A stretch of DNA of 64,000 nt. Source: Octopus vulgaris. Its lineage: Eukaryota. This document shows, piece after piece, positions 37,552 through 51,412 of this stretch. Both the position numbers and the translations under genes were made by a program. The DNA is taken from contig OX597826.1 in NCBI GenBank assembly GCA_951406725.2, forward strand, positions 39,680,001 through 39,744,000, given 5' to 3'. The notes beneath the pieces were generated by a model. The model was not told where the DNA came from. It saw nothing but the letters and a program-made list of their open reading frames with translations, and searched no databases. How positions within the stretch are numbered: the stretch's first letter is position 1; each line of letters begins with the position of its first letter.

Positions 37552-38740
37552 ACAAACACAAACACATACACATCTCTCATTTTTCCTCTCATATCATTCT
37601 ATATCGTACCTGATTTGGTGATTTCATATTCATTCTATAATTACAGCGGAAAGAAAAAAATACAAATGAAATTTAAAACGGTATACTTCTAAATTTGGTG
37701 TAGATCTTAACAAAATATTGAGACATACTTGGTAAATTACTACATGAATATTAAACTATCCACGTTATTTGTCACAACGTCAATCTGACACCAGAAGATA
37801 ATGGAGATACGAGATTAGGTGGAAAATTACTTCAGAATTTCAGCTGAAGATATCAGAATTCGTATCTTGTAATACTCTGTTAGTGATGTTTGGCCGTAAT
37901 TATATGTGGATCGAACAGATTTGTTATCAAGGGTTTTACAAACCACAAAAATCCAACCCCCTTTTCTGGCATATTGTATCAGGGAGTAGATTATCCAATG
38001 TATAAGACTGTACAATGCGGTTTAAAACAACTTTAAATCCTGAAGACTAAATAAAACTGATCAAAACGTTTAGCTGTGACCATCCCATCGATATTCCCGT
38101 GGAATTTAGCTGCTTTTTCCAACAAATCCAACTAGCAAGTAGAGGCTCCCTCTTTGACACGTGATATGACATGCAATTACTCAAGCTGGGCTGCTCATAT
38201 GTAGTACTATACAGTAAGGTTGGCAGACTGGTAATTTAAATGTTGTTTGTTATATTATTGTTATTGATCGTTGGAAGATATTTAATGATCGAACACGTCT
38301 TTGATTAAACTGGAAATGATCCCGTCATAGCATTTTTTAAGATAGTAGACTGTGATATGAGGTAGATTTTTCTACTCTTTCTAGATTAAATGGCCTTATA
38401 ATGGATGTAGTTTCGGTTCGATATGAGCGTTCAGTGGCTCGATTCACGTAATAAGGCATTGCTGAGGTCACACCAAAACCATCACCGTGTTCTTGGTATA
38501 AATGCATTAATCGGACCTACCCGATAAACAAGAGCCAAGCGTCCCTAACAAAACATTTGTTGATTATATTTTGCAGTAATTACTCGCAGAAATGAGTCGC
38601 ACCTCTCATTGCATTTCCTCACATGTTTTAAATGCGGTTAACATATCGTAGTTAACCGTTAACATATCGTAGTCCGTTCGAAAGGACTTAATAGTAGTAC
38701 TACTACTGCGTTCATCTCTTAGAGAGATTTTAGAACTAGC

Positions 38741-39621
38741 TACTGGGGTAACCAAAGGAATGCGGAATTCTGAATATTATTTTATTCACCAAGATTTACA
38801 TGTTTACACTTTTATCGCCTTCAAAGTGTTCTCCATTTGAAACAATGCATGTTGTCCAGACGTATTCTCTACTGTTCAAAGCAGTCCTGGAACTCTTGCG
38901 AAATAATGTTTTTTAACACCCCCGTCATTTTTTCTTTATCTCTTCTATATTTGCAAATTCCGTATTACCAGCTTTCGTCACCAGTAATGATCTTCCAAAA
39001 CAGTTCCGGATCAACTTTCAATGCTTCTTTAAGTTCACGACAAGCATTCAGTCGTGACTGCTTTTGATCTTCTGCGAGCAAGTGAGGTACAAATTTTGCT
39101 GCAACTCTTTTCATTCGCAATTCCTTGCTCAAAATTAATCGGCAGGAGTCCTAGGACACACAATTCATATCAACACTTTCGTCAGTTTTTCGGCGATGGT
39201 CCTCCAAGTTATTTTTGTGATGTTTTCATTCGTTCAGGAGGCCAACGGTCACCCTGAACGAGGCTGGTCTTCAAACGACAAGTGCCCATTTCATGTAAAC
39301 TTGTGTTTTGCTCATGATAGCGTCCTTGTAAGCTGTTTTAGGTATGAAAACTGTTTCGGCCGCCTTTTTCCCCCAGCAGAAAACAGAATTTCACGGAAGC
39401 ATGCTGTTCCTTCGTTTCAACCACCGCCAAATTCGACGATCAAGGGAGAAGCGTTGCAAAACCAGGAAGCATCACGTGGCAGTAGGACCTCACATGATGA
39501 GGTAGGTCGGCTGACTGATGATTGAGAGTCGCATCAAATGGCTTTTGGAGGCGGAAGCCAAAACTACAATAGGATTGTCCCACAGAGAATGTTGCGGTTT
39601 ACTTTTGGGTACCTTCTCGTA
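38741..39621 (-). mobile_element. Mariner transposon remnant
   Basis: KIITGDESW motif (first catalytic D) on the minus strand near 38965-38997. Degenerate TIRs TACTGGGGTAACCAAAGG / CTTTTGGGTACCTTCTCGTA. Confidence 0.75.
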
Positions 39622-39639
39622 TGTATGCATGTACATATA

Positions 39640-39660
39640 CACGTATATGTATATATATAG

Positions 39661-39692
<32 letters not shown>

Positions 39693-39709
39693 ATTCGGTG
39701 TATATGTAA

Positions 39710-39752
<43 letters not shown>

Positions 39753-39770
39753 ATTCGGTGTATATGTAAG

Positions 39771-39835
<65 letters not shown>

Positions 39836-39866
39836 ATATAATTCGGTGCATATATAAGTATATATG

Positions 39867-39900
<34 letters not shown>

Positions 39901-39955
39901 AGTATATATATATATATAGTATATATATAGGTATACAGGCATATATGTATATATA

Positions 39956-40001
<46 letters not shown>

Positions 40002-40020
40002 TACACGTATACATACATAC
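39640..40020. repeat. (TA)n-rich minisatellite with AATTCGGTG anchors
   Basis: AATTCGGTG(T/C)ATAT at about 39692, 39752 and 39840, separated by (TA)n/(TG)n. Confidence 0.9.
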
Positions 40021-40603
40021 ACATCTTGTGTCTGCGTTTGTCCCCCATCACCGTTTGACAATCGATGTTGGTGTGTTTACGATCTCGTAACCTAGCTATT
40101 CGGCCAAATTAACCGACAGAAGACGTACTTGGCTCGAAAGAATAAGTCCTGCGGTAATTCGTTCGCGTAAAACCCTTCAATGCAGTGCTCCAGCATGACT
40201 GCAGTCAAATGAGTGAAACAATTAAGACGTAAAAAAAAAAAGATATTTCTGATTAAATTCTGTTCAATTAATAAGCAACATAATTCAATGAACGGTAGTG
40301 TCTAACTTTGCATATCTGTCGGTGAGACTGAATATAATCGATTATATTGATTTCAATAATGAACACATGTCGATTCCATTAGCAAATACGGTAAATTTAA
40401 ATTTGGAAAGATTTGAACGATCCTCAGAGTAACCTAACTAAATAGAAAAAAAAAATTCTATTTTCTATCGTTTCTGTACTCCCATTTTACTACATTCCAC
40501 TACGCAATTGCTGCTTCTAGTAGAAATAGTAAGATTACTCTCAACTCTCAGTAAACAAAAACGGGACACAGGACATCATTTAATAGTACTTACACTATAT
40601 CTT

Positions 40604-40887
40604 GTGGAGGCACATGGCCTAGTGGTTAGAGCGGCATTCGAGGGGTCGCGGGTTCGAATCTCAGACCGGGCTATGTGTGTGATTATGAGCGAAACACCTA
40701 AGCTCCACGCGGCTCTGGCAGAAGGTAATGGCGAACTTCTGCTGACTCTTTCGCCACAACTTTTTCTCACTCTTTCCTCCTGCATCTTGCAGCTCATCTG
40801 CGACGGACTGGCGTCCCGTCCAGTTGGGGAACCTATACGCCAAAGAAACCGGCCCTTATGAGCCAAGTACGGCTCGAGAAGGAACAA
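40604..40887 (+). mobile_element. tRNA-derived SINE family C
   Basis: A and B boxes present. 12-bp TSD ACACTATATCTT (40592-40603, 40888-40899). Confidence 0.92.
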
Positions 40888-41837
40888 ACACTATATCTTA
40901 AAATATCTGAGATTGTTATGGTTGGAACCCTTTGGTAATAGGACCAAAAAAATGGAAACATCATGGAGCTAAGCAACAACATATACGAGAACTGGCACAA
41001 AAGACAAAAAGGAAATGAGAAAGAAAAACACTTTCTTGCAATATATGTGTTTTTCAAGGAGTGCCATGTTGAATATAAATTGCCTAAAACGTTATAAAAG
41101 TAAATAAAATATTGAAATCGAGAAAAGAGGAGAAAAAAATCAATGAGAAGGTAACACATTCTGCCAAATAATGTTTTGAATTTGGTTTGTTGTGTGCAGA
41201 TGAGAATTTTAAGCAGATTAACAAGTAATGCCATACGTGTGACTGTATTCGTATCTGTTTGACTTTCTAAGAGAAATAATTCAGTGGCCAGTGTCGAATA
41301 AGCGTAAACAAATTACCATAAAAGATAGATTCTTTGGTTTATTAAAATTATCTCAGGAGAAAGTAGAGTGATCGCTTGGTGACAGTTAATGCCAAACTAG
41401 CTACAAATGAGAAGGAGAGATAATTTTAACAATGAAGAATTTCCCCAAATCGGCCTGCTTTAAAGCAAAAGAAAGTCTTGGTATCTAGTCCATGCCAGAT
41501 TTAAACATCCCAATATTTACATGCAATTTTTGCGCTTCAAAGAAGCTTAAACGGGTTTTCAATGTGAGACATTGGAACACTGAGTAGAACACAGCCACAA
41601 TTCTTCGTGTGTGTGTATAATCGGATGAGCGCGCGCGTGTGTAGGCAAAATTGCGATGAAAGAACAAAATCAAGAACACAAGAAAATGTTGTGGATAAAT
41701 TCAAAATCGGTTAACTTATAAAAAATACTTATACATAGATATACATAAATACACACACATACACACACACGCATCTATCTATCTATCTATCTATATATAT
41801 ATATATATATATATACACGCACGCACGTATATATAAG

Positions 41838-42160
41838 TGCCTGTGTGGCAAGAAGCTTGCTTCCACTGCGAGACACGTTGGCCAAGTGTATTCTACAGTA
41901 ATCTCGAGCCGACCAAAGCCTTGTGAGTAAATTTGGTAGAAAACTCGTCGTATAATTATATGTCTGTGGGTGTGTTCGTGTCTTTGTGTCTATGTTTGTT
42001 TCCCCATCACTGCTTGATAACCGTTGGTTGTTAATGTGCCCGTTCTGCAAAAGAGACCGAATGAATAAGTACTGGTTCGCTTCGTTCGACTAAAAACTGT
42101 TCAATGTGGTGCTCCAACACGGCCGTAGTCAAATGAAAGAAACAATTAAAACAATGAAAG
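41838..42160 (+). mobile_element. SINE family A (diverged)
   Basis: Aligns to 19767-20165. Confidence 0.8.
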
Positions 42161-43968
42161 AATAATGGAAGATATATATGTAAATATATACGTATGATTA
42201 CGTATTTATGAATGGATATGTACACACACACACATATATACATATATGTGCGCCACATATATACATATATGTGCGCCACATATATACATATATGTGCGCC
42301 ACATAGTGTCTCCCTCTCTCCCTCTCTCTTTCTATCTCTGTCTCTCCTTCTGTCTATGTGTGCGTGTGTGGATAAATATGCGTACACAAAAAGAGACACG
42401 TATTTGGGTGTTATCGATGGATTTCTAGACTTGAAAATTATTACTGAAATTGATCTTATCAACTAAAATATTTAACTCAGTGCTCAAGCACGGTCGTCGC
42501 AGCCCATCGACTGAGAGAATGAAAATAACGCCAATAAAATAAGCATAAATATCTACATGAACAATAGAAAATGAAAAATATTCACTGCTTATATGTACAT
42601 ATGCATGGAAAAATCTATTCGTAAAATGTTGAAAAATGTGTAACTCTTGAGAATATAACTCTTGAGAATATAATTTCATTTCAAAATCATTATTTGCCTA
42701 GCCTAATGGAAACTTAGAATATTACCAATACTCATGTTACATATACCCCGCATGCTTTTTTGTTTCGTTTGTGCTACAAAAACATAAAACTGGTCAACAA
42801 TCAACAAAAATCGAAGTCTCAATTGAATGGAATCGTAGTTAGGATTAGCTATTTGTGTGCTTTGAAAATAAAGAAACACACACACACACACAAATATATT
42901 AATATAGACAAATGGGTGGGGCATTCATGTACCTATGAAAGTCTCTCTGTGTGTGTGTCACTAAGTGGACGCCCGAGTGTGCGTTTGAATGTGACCGTCC
43001 AGTCCCAGCTGACGATATCAAAATATGACGTTGATTGCAATTGATAAATATAATGTATAGATGGCCTCTTGTGTATTGGAAATTGGAGAGAAAGGTTTTG
43101 TCACTATCTAAATATATTGAAAGCATAACATCGATGAAGATTTTATTAAACTTTTAGGTTTACTAATAAATCCCACTGCTTACTAGCTCTGAACGTCATG
43201 TTAGAGTTTAGAACCTGTATCAATTTTCAAACGGAAAATTCCCAGAAAATACACACATATAATTATACGCACACACGCACACACACAGAGTGTTATATCT
43301 TAGTCGTGCCTTGCAAGCACCGCTAAACTAGGAGATTGTCGTCCCCTTCCGCTTATTGTTTAAGGTACTCGTCTCTCCCCGATCCCATGTCATAACAGAG
43401 CATCAAAAACGTCAGATCGATTGGGAGAGAACCACATCAGCAATCTATGTGTATTCATTTCGAATCTCTATCACCCAAATGATTTGGTGAGACAGAATCA
43501 TTTTAAATGTAGTCATTAGGACTAAAATATTGAGGGGAGAGATAGTCAATTACTTTTACCTCGTATGTGGATTGTACTTTATTTTATCGACCCTGAGATG
43601 AACGGCAAAATTGATCTCGGAAGAATTTAGATTGACAACTTAAAGAAACGAAATACCACAGAGCATTTTGTTCGACGCTCAAACAAATCTGCCTGTCGCC
43701 CGCCATATATAGGATAAATAACAAATACAAATTAAAAAGAAACACGAAAACAACGAAAAGTAGATATTCATTCCTTGATAGGATTTGAACTCTTTGCCAT
43801 AAGAATGATGTGATGATACATTTTAAATGTAACATTGTAGAATAAATTAGGAATATGTCATGAATAATTGTTGATCCCTTTCTTATGTAAATGAGAGCAC
43901 AATTAGAGGTTGACCTGGGTATGATCAATTTCACTGATTTCAGTATGCCATCGATTCCACCAGCAAGG

Positions 43969-44366
43969 AAGGCGGCGAGCTGCTAGAATCGTTATCACGC
44001 CGGGCGAAATGCTTAGCAGTATTTCGTCTGCCGTTACGTTCTGAGTTCAAATTCCGCCGAGGTCGACTTTGCCTTTCATCCTTTCGGGATCGATTAAATA
44101 AGTACCAGTTACGCACTGGAGTCGATATAATCGACTTAACTCGTTTGTCTGTCCTTGTTTGTCCTCTCTGTGTTTAGCCCCTTGTGGGTAGTAAAGAAAC
44201 AAGTATTTCGTCTGTCTTCATGTTCTGAGTTCAAATTCCGCCGAGGTCGACTTTGTCTTTCATCCTTTCGGGATCGATAAATTAAGTACCAGTTGCGTAC
44301 TAGGGTCGACCTAACCGATTGGCCCCTCCCCCAAAATTTCGGGCCTTGTGCCTAGAGTAGAAAAGG
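43969..44366 (+). mobile_element. SINE family D, dimeric (core + tail X, core + tail Y)
   Basis: Core occurs twice (about 44020-44135 and 44203-44320). TSD GATTCCACCAG(C/G)AAGG at 43953 and 44367. Confidence 0.9.
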
Positions 44367-44923
44367 ATTCCACCAGGAAGGGAAGATAGTCAACCTCATC
44401 AAGATTTGAAAGATTGTAAAGTATGATAGATTGATCTCTACTTGATCTGCTAGAAATAGAAACCAAATTTTTCAGCTTACAAGTTAGTGTCTTAATCCAC
44501 CGATGCAAACCATATAATTTAGTCCTACATATCTTATAACTTCAAACAGCATATGGTAGCACTCCTGGCTTCACTGATTATATGTCTGTTAAATATGAGT
44601 TACCGTCAGCCAAACAACTACAACACTTACTGATTTAGAGTTCTTGCTAGCGTCCTCACTATAACAATCACTATTCATTTTTTTAATATAAAACACATAA
44701 CGTTATATTTTTAAAAATCAATAATAAAATGAATAATAAAATGAATCAATAATAAGATAACATTTTCCACTACCATTTTCAGTTTGAAGATTGGTATTTT
44801 GATTTGATGAATATATTCAATAACTGACTCAATGTTTCAATGTTTTAAACAAACAATCAGGTGTCAGAAGTACGTGTGATTGAATCAGTATTTCTCGGTG
44901 TATCTGCCTATTTGTCTGTCTGC

Positions 44924-44983
<60 letters not shown>

Positions 44984-45409
44984 AGTAAACAGGGGGGGGA
45001 GAAGGGTAAACGATATTGGAATTATGACCATAACTATAAATGAAAAGATCACAAACTGAAGAAAGGGTTAGAACATAAAAAAGAATATATACTATAAGAC
45101 AAAATGAAAAAAATGACATATTCACATGTATTCACTGCTTAGACACACACTCACACAATCACTGAATATGTATTTGGAGAATGAATTTTTTTCACTGTAA
45201 CTCTTGGGAATATGAATTTCATTTCAAATTCATTATTAGACTAATGGAAACTTATGATATTGACATACGGTATATGTAAAATATATGGTTATGTGTATAC
45301 ACGTGTGTAATTTATGTGTATACATGACTGTGTGTATGTGTATATGCGTTATATGTGTTTCTCTCTTTCTCCCTCTCTCTCTCTATCTATATAGATATAT
45401 GTATGTATT

Positions 45410-45445
<36 letters not shown>

Positions 45446-45483
45446 TGGAGTAAACACATAAATGTGAACATTTGAGTATTTGA

Positions 45484-45527
<44 letters not shown>

Positions 45528-46231
45528 TACATGTATGTATATACATGTAATTGAATACGCACATATATGTCCCATTTGTGTATGTATATTTGAATTCGTG
45601 TACTATTACATTTTTTATTACATGTTACAATCTGATATGATTTCTTTTACTTTTTATATTTTTATTTGTTTCAGCCATGCGGGGGCGCCACCTTGAAATT
45701 TTCGTCGACTGAATCGACACCAGTATTTATTTTTTATTTTGTCATGCCTGGTTCTTATTCTATCGATAAATCATAAGCCATAGAATTATTTTCAATAAAC
45801 ATTTCAAACGTAATTCGTTTCACAGTATAACTGCTTCTGGAGCGCAACCACTATTGTGCGGATACAACTTTCGCCTTAGAATCTCTAGTGTGCATTCGGC
45901 CCCACTGCTCTCTCCTTTATAAAGTGTCACATATGTCAAAGAAGTGTCTGCTGCGGGAACTGTCCAAGACAGACCCTTTCTTCCGGTTATGCGGCACTCA
46001 TGACAATCTTTCAAAACCAATAAATATAGAAATGAAGGGGAAAATACGTTTCACGCTTCTGAACTCTGCCTTTTGGAAAAAATTCCCATACTCCAGTTCC
46101 TGCCGTAACAATGTTTGGGATGCTTGTGTGTGTATGTATGTATGTATGTATGTATGTATGTATGTATGTATGTATGTATGTATGTGTATGTATGCATGTT
46201 TGTATATATGCATGTATGCATGTACGTATGC

Positions 46232-46262
<31 letters not shown>

Positions 46263-46444
46263 AAGCGAGAGAGAGAAACAAAGAGAAAGGTTTATATAGG
46301 GAGAGACACTTATACATATAGACGCATACATACGTATATTGAGTTCTACACCAGATTAGCATCGCAATGCTTAAGCGAAATATGTGTGTGTGTATGTGAG
46401 TGTGTTTGAAAGAGACAGAGAGAGAGACAGAGAGAGAGACAGAG

Positions 46445-46494
<50 letters not shown>

Positions 46495-46875
46495 GGGAGA
46501 TGAGAAAAAAATGCAGTATGTGCAACATCCGAGGAGATTACGAGTGAGAATGTAAAAGTATCATTTAAACTTTATACACATTCAACAGGTATTTGAAAGG
46601 CAAATAAACGAGATTGCCAGTAAGAGTGAAGATACATAGTTTGAACTGTAGAAAGATGAAGCGCATCAGAAAAGAGACTCATTGTGATTTGCTATAAAAA
46701 AGAGAAAAGCAAACAACACACGGATAACACTAAGAATAACCGAGACGACAAAATTAAGGTTAAAAATGTAGGAAACATTGAATCAGTAAGATTAATAACT
46801 AATGAAATCGGTTAGAGATTAACTCCAATATTTTAAGTTCACTATTACAGTTTTATTCTGAACCCATAATTTTTT

Positions 46876-47270
46876 GGATGATGATGGAAGCACTCCGTCG
46901 GTTCCGACGATGAGGGTTCCGGTTGATCCGATCAACGGAATAGCCTGCTCGTGAAATTAACGTGTAAGTGACTGAGCACTCCACAGACACGTGTACTCTT
47001 AACGTAGTTCTCGGGGATATTCAGCGTGACACAGAGAGTGACAAGGCCGACCCCTTGAAATACAGGTACAACAGAAACAGGAAGTAAGAGTGAGAGAAAG
47101 TTGTGGTGAAAGAGTACAGCAGGGATCACCACCATCCCCTGCCGGAGCCTCGTGGAGCTTTTTAGGTGTTTTCGCTCAATAAACACTCACAACGCCCGGT
47201 CTGGGAATCGAAACCGCGATCCTACGACCGCGAGTCCGCTGCCCTAACCACTGGGCCATTGCGCCTCCAC
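46876..47270 (-). mobile_element. SINE family B, full length
   Basis: Near-identical to 4456-4838. TSD CCATAATTTTTT (46864-46875, 47271-47282). Confidence 0.93.
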
Positions 47271-49106
47271 CCATAATTTTTTATCTAGTCATGCACCGAA
47301 TATTTTGATACTCCGACAAACTAATAACATCAATCTATTGTAATCTGGTTTGTTTGCAAAATAGAAATGCTTGTTAAAAATTCATTCAAACACCTGAAGA
47401 ACCGAAACGGATAACAGTAAAATTCTGTATCGAGTATTTTTTCTCGAGTTCTATTAACTAATGTGTATTCATTTCATGCACAAAAATACACACACACAGA
47501 CATACCTAGACACAAACGCATACATATTGGATGTACTTCATGAACTGATTTGTCGCGAGTTGCGAAAATTACTTCACACAAACCGAATACAGAGACTGGA
47601 AAAGAGTGTGACATTTTATAACGTTAATTAATATTTTCTATGGAAAACGTCACCCTAAGCTGTGAAACATGCTATAACTTTGCACAATTTATTCCAAATC
47701 TTTTGTGTGCGGGCGCGCATGTGTGTGTAGTTACATTCGTCTGTGTGTGTTGGTTGATACGCAAGCACGGCTACATTATTCCTCTATTACAGACACAACT
47801 ATCAGTACATCAATATACCTAATTTGCTGTTCTGTTCAATTTTTTGAAAATATTTTCTCGTCTAGAAAGTATGAATTCTATTTGTCACGAAAAATACTAA
47901 ATATATTTAACTGTTGCATCACGTTTAACTCCTAGTCTTAGTTACTTTTACTGTTTTAGACAATATACTGTTTTGTATAAGCTGAGGGTTTGTTAACTTA
48001 ATTACACTCTCAATACAAAATATAAAGTGAATTTGTTTGAGAATCACTGAACCGATTTCACGCTCACTCGCTTGGAATCATTAATTTCAAAAGGAATTTT
48101 ATAGTTGCAATAATTTTAGAATCCTTAAAAATTGAAGTAATTGACGTTTTGATTTTCAGTCAAAGAAACTTTGCGGGTATGTGTATGTGTGTGTGTGTGT
48201 GTACATACATAAATACAAAATATAATATACGTGTACACAGACACACACGCACATACACACATACACACATACTCATAAAACTACGCCTGTTTTATGAATT
48301 TGCCAAAACAGTCATCACTATTTGAACTATGAATGAATAATTTCAAATAATTGACTCACTTAACTCGCTCTTAAAAGATCCTGAAAAATATTTTTCAAAA
48401 AATATAAACTGTGAAGACCAATCACAGAAATCTCATTAATATTCAACACCTTTTGGACAGAAATAATTTTAGTTTAATTTTCATATTAATATGAATTTCT
48501 CTTGATTTCAATAATTGTTTCCGCATCATGTTCGTCTGTAAGTCGTTAAGAAATTCTCTTGATTTAAATAATTGTTTCAAAATGGCTGACATTGAGAAAA
48601 AATCGTGGGTAACTGAGGCTACGAAGCACTTCAACAAGCTTCATTCCATCACCACCAGAACTAAGACAAAAACGGACCCAAAAAGAGCAATTTGAACGAA
48701 AATGCAAGAGCGCAAGATCCTTGCAATTTTTGTGCTCTACTAAATTCAACTTCGCCATGATTCAGTGACTTTAAGGATTTAACATTTCGTTTCTTACAAT
48801 TTTAAGTCAGTTGGACATAGTGCTTAAAGATATCTAAAATCATTATTATTATTAAATATTATTATTATTACGAAAGCGATAACATTATCAAAGATGCTTG
48901 AATTTATAAAATTGTTAATGGAATTTATTAAAAATTTTGCCAAATGTCGTTATAAAACAACCTCGCGCTTTCGCAATCAAAATTACAAATCCTGGAAGTT
49001 TTGTAACGTTGGTACTGAATTGTTATTGGTAAAAAATTGAGGTTCAACAGAAGACATCGCAGTCAACTATTTATGAATTTAGTTTTATAAAAACATTAAT
49101 AGAATC

Positions 49107-49339
49107 GTGAAGTATATTTGCCACTTAAATGTGGCTAACCCTCAAAGGTGGATGCTACTGTAACCTCCTCCATCTGGCTATTGACACACTTTCTGTGCCC
49201 TATCAGTATTTGCAAAGGGAAGCCATCGTTACACGCTACAGTAGCATCCAGCCTTAAGGGTTAGCCACATTTAAGTGGCAGATATACTTCACGATGTCGT
49301 GCAGCTACTGTTTATACCTCGCTAAGATATTTATTATTG
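49107..49339. mobile_element. TSD-flanked insertion with ~57-bp internal inverted arms
   Basis: TSD ATTAATAGAATC (49095-49106, 49340-49351). Arms at 49106-49162 and 49237-49293. Confidence 0.75.
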
Positions 49340-50235
49340 ATTAATAGAATCAGTAGCGTCAAGTAAATATCCACTGTTTTCTGTTTTATCTCATGCATAA
49401 AGCTAATAAAAACAGTGTATGCACTTTTTCAATTGAATTTCACAGAAATTTGTTTATAAGAAATGTTGTACAAATGCAGACCTGTAGATGTTTTTCAAAA
49501 GACATTTGTGTTATTATTTGAAAGAATTTATTCGTATAAGAAAAATAAAGAACAAAAAACAAAAAAACAAAAACGAAAGCAAAGAATATAACTGTCCTAC
49601 ATTCTTCTTATAAAGAAGTTTCTGATAGCGAAATATAAAAGCGGAAAATATTCTTTGATGGAAGTATTGTATACATGAATCAGAAAATTCCGTTGATTTT
49701 GCTGAAATCAATTGAAGTGTCAGCGGGCTTTGTAGCTGGTTATCAAAATATTAATGGAAAACACTCTATGTATGTAGACAAAAAGCTTACAGAACGGGCA
49801 GAAAACTATGAAATCTGTAAACGTAAAAATAAAATTAAAGTACTGATGAAAAGTTTATTGAAATGTAATGTTATGAAAAGGTGATTCATTGCATTAATGT
49901 AATGTGTATGATACTGCGGGAGTATGAACTGGAAACGCACAAGGTACTGCGTTTAGACTGGTATCATAATCTATTAAATGAAAAATATTCTGTAACATCT
50001 TTTCTCTACATGTTTAACAATTTGTAAATGTTGATTTCAAGAAGCAGATAAACATACTGAGACACAGTAAAATATAGGTTGAAATTCGATATACATATAT
50101 TTACACATATACATAAACATGCATGCACGCATGCATACATTCATATTTATACATACATATATATATACACGAGCGCACAAATATATATAAAAAAATATAT
50201 ATGTGTGTGTGTGTATGTGCGTATGTAAGTATGTA

Positions 50236-50880
50236 TATTGGGTTGGCCAAACTGTCCGTTAGATCTTTTTAAACGAAAATAAGACAGGTTTTAAGCTCAA
50301 AGCCACTTATCCAATCAATGATATGATCCTTTCTACTATGGGCATACATCCACCCCAGTGCTCGACTGGCAATTGATTTATCGACCCCGAAAGGATGAAA
50401 GGCAAAGTCGACCTCGGCGGAATTTGTCAATCAATGATATAATGGCCTTTTCGTTCCAACATCTGCCATCTTACAGGCAGATTCAGTATTACCGCTCAAA
50501 GGCTTTCTTTCTTGTCTTTGCAGGCGAAAAACTCTTCCAAGTAAATTTTTACACCCTCATCGGAGTTGAAAATCTGTTCGTTGGATGAATTTTTGAAGAG
50601 AAATAAAGTAAAGAAGGAGAAATCTGCAGGTGCAAAATCGGGAGAAATTGGTGAGTGCGGCAAAACTTCACATCCAAACCCTAGAACCTTCTGTCACATC
50701 TGCAAAGAAGTGTCCAGACTGGCATTGTAGTGATGAAAGACGATACCTTTACGATTAACAAATGCTGGCTGTTTCTGGTGGATCGTAGCGTTTAACCTGA
50801 CAAGCTGATTACAGTACATATACGAATTGATGTTCCTCTCCGTAAGAAGAAGCTCGTAGAAGACAACACTTTTCCAACTC
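50236..50880 (-). mobile_element. Mariner 3' half with a nested SINE D fragment
   Basis: WKSVVFYELL...YCNQLVRL...GIVFHHYNA and EVLPHSPISPDFAPADF. TIR start TATTGGGTTGGCC. SINE piece at about 50330-50425 is flanked by CAATCAATGATAT. Confidence 0.85.
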
Positions 50881-51412
50881 TAACAAATTAAAAGTATAAC
50901 CCTTTCCCGGTGAAGTCCAGTATTGAAGGTTCCAGTTGAATGTCTCCTTCATTGGCTCGAATTTAACATATTTATCAAGTTGTTCTACCCTGACTTTGGC
51001 TAGATACAATGGCGGTTGTTTCACATACCCCATTAATTAACGGATGTATGCGGCATTATTCTACAATAACATTTTTCTTAGGAATACAATGACCGCTTGA
51101 GCCATCACTCTCATATACCGTTTGAAGTATTTGTAACATAGAGACAAATTGTCAGAGATGCTCAACTGTAACATCTTCCTTGGAATAATATATATAGGAT
51201 ATCCAAATATCAGTCGATTATATCAATCATAGTACTTGACGAGTGCCTCATTTCTTTGGATATATGAAGATTTGACTTCGATGGGATTTGATTTCGAAAC
51301 ACAGACGACTGGAACCACAATACCATATAACATAATGTACTAAAGATGATGTATTTCCATAGCCATGCTGGAGGTGGTGGGGATGTAGCTGAGATAAAGA
51401 AATGTGTCTTAC

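Noticed and set aside
39490-40061. Long ORFs of YI/HT/CV/MYVC repeats (also 578-934, 5604-5981, 7057-7794, 45888-46409, 56707-57306)
   Set aside because: Translations of stop-free microsatellites, not genes.
45800-46110. Possible solo LTR beginning TGTTACG on the minus strand
   Set aside because: No matching ...TAACA end or TSD was found.
48578-48770. CAAAATGGCTGAC start-like motif and a short ORF (MADIEKKSW...)
   Set aside because: 37-codon ORF with no recognisable homology or supporting evidence.
49640-49705. Plus-strand KIFFDGSIVYMNQKI resembling Cys-loop loop E
   Set aside because: Upstream in-frame stop, no WxPD motif, no splice sites and the opposite strand; probably chance.
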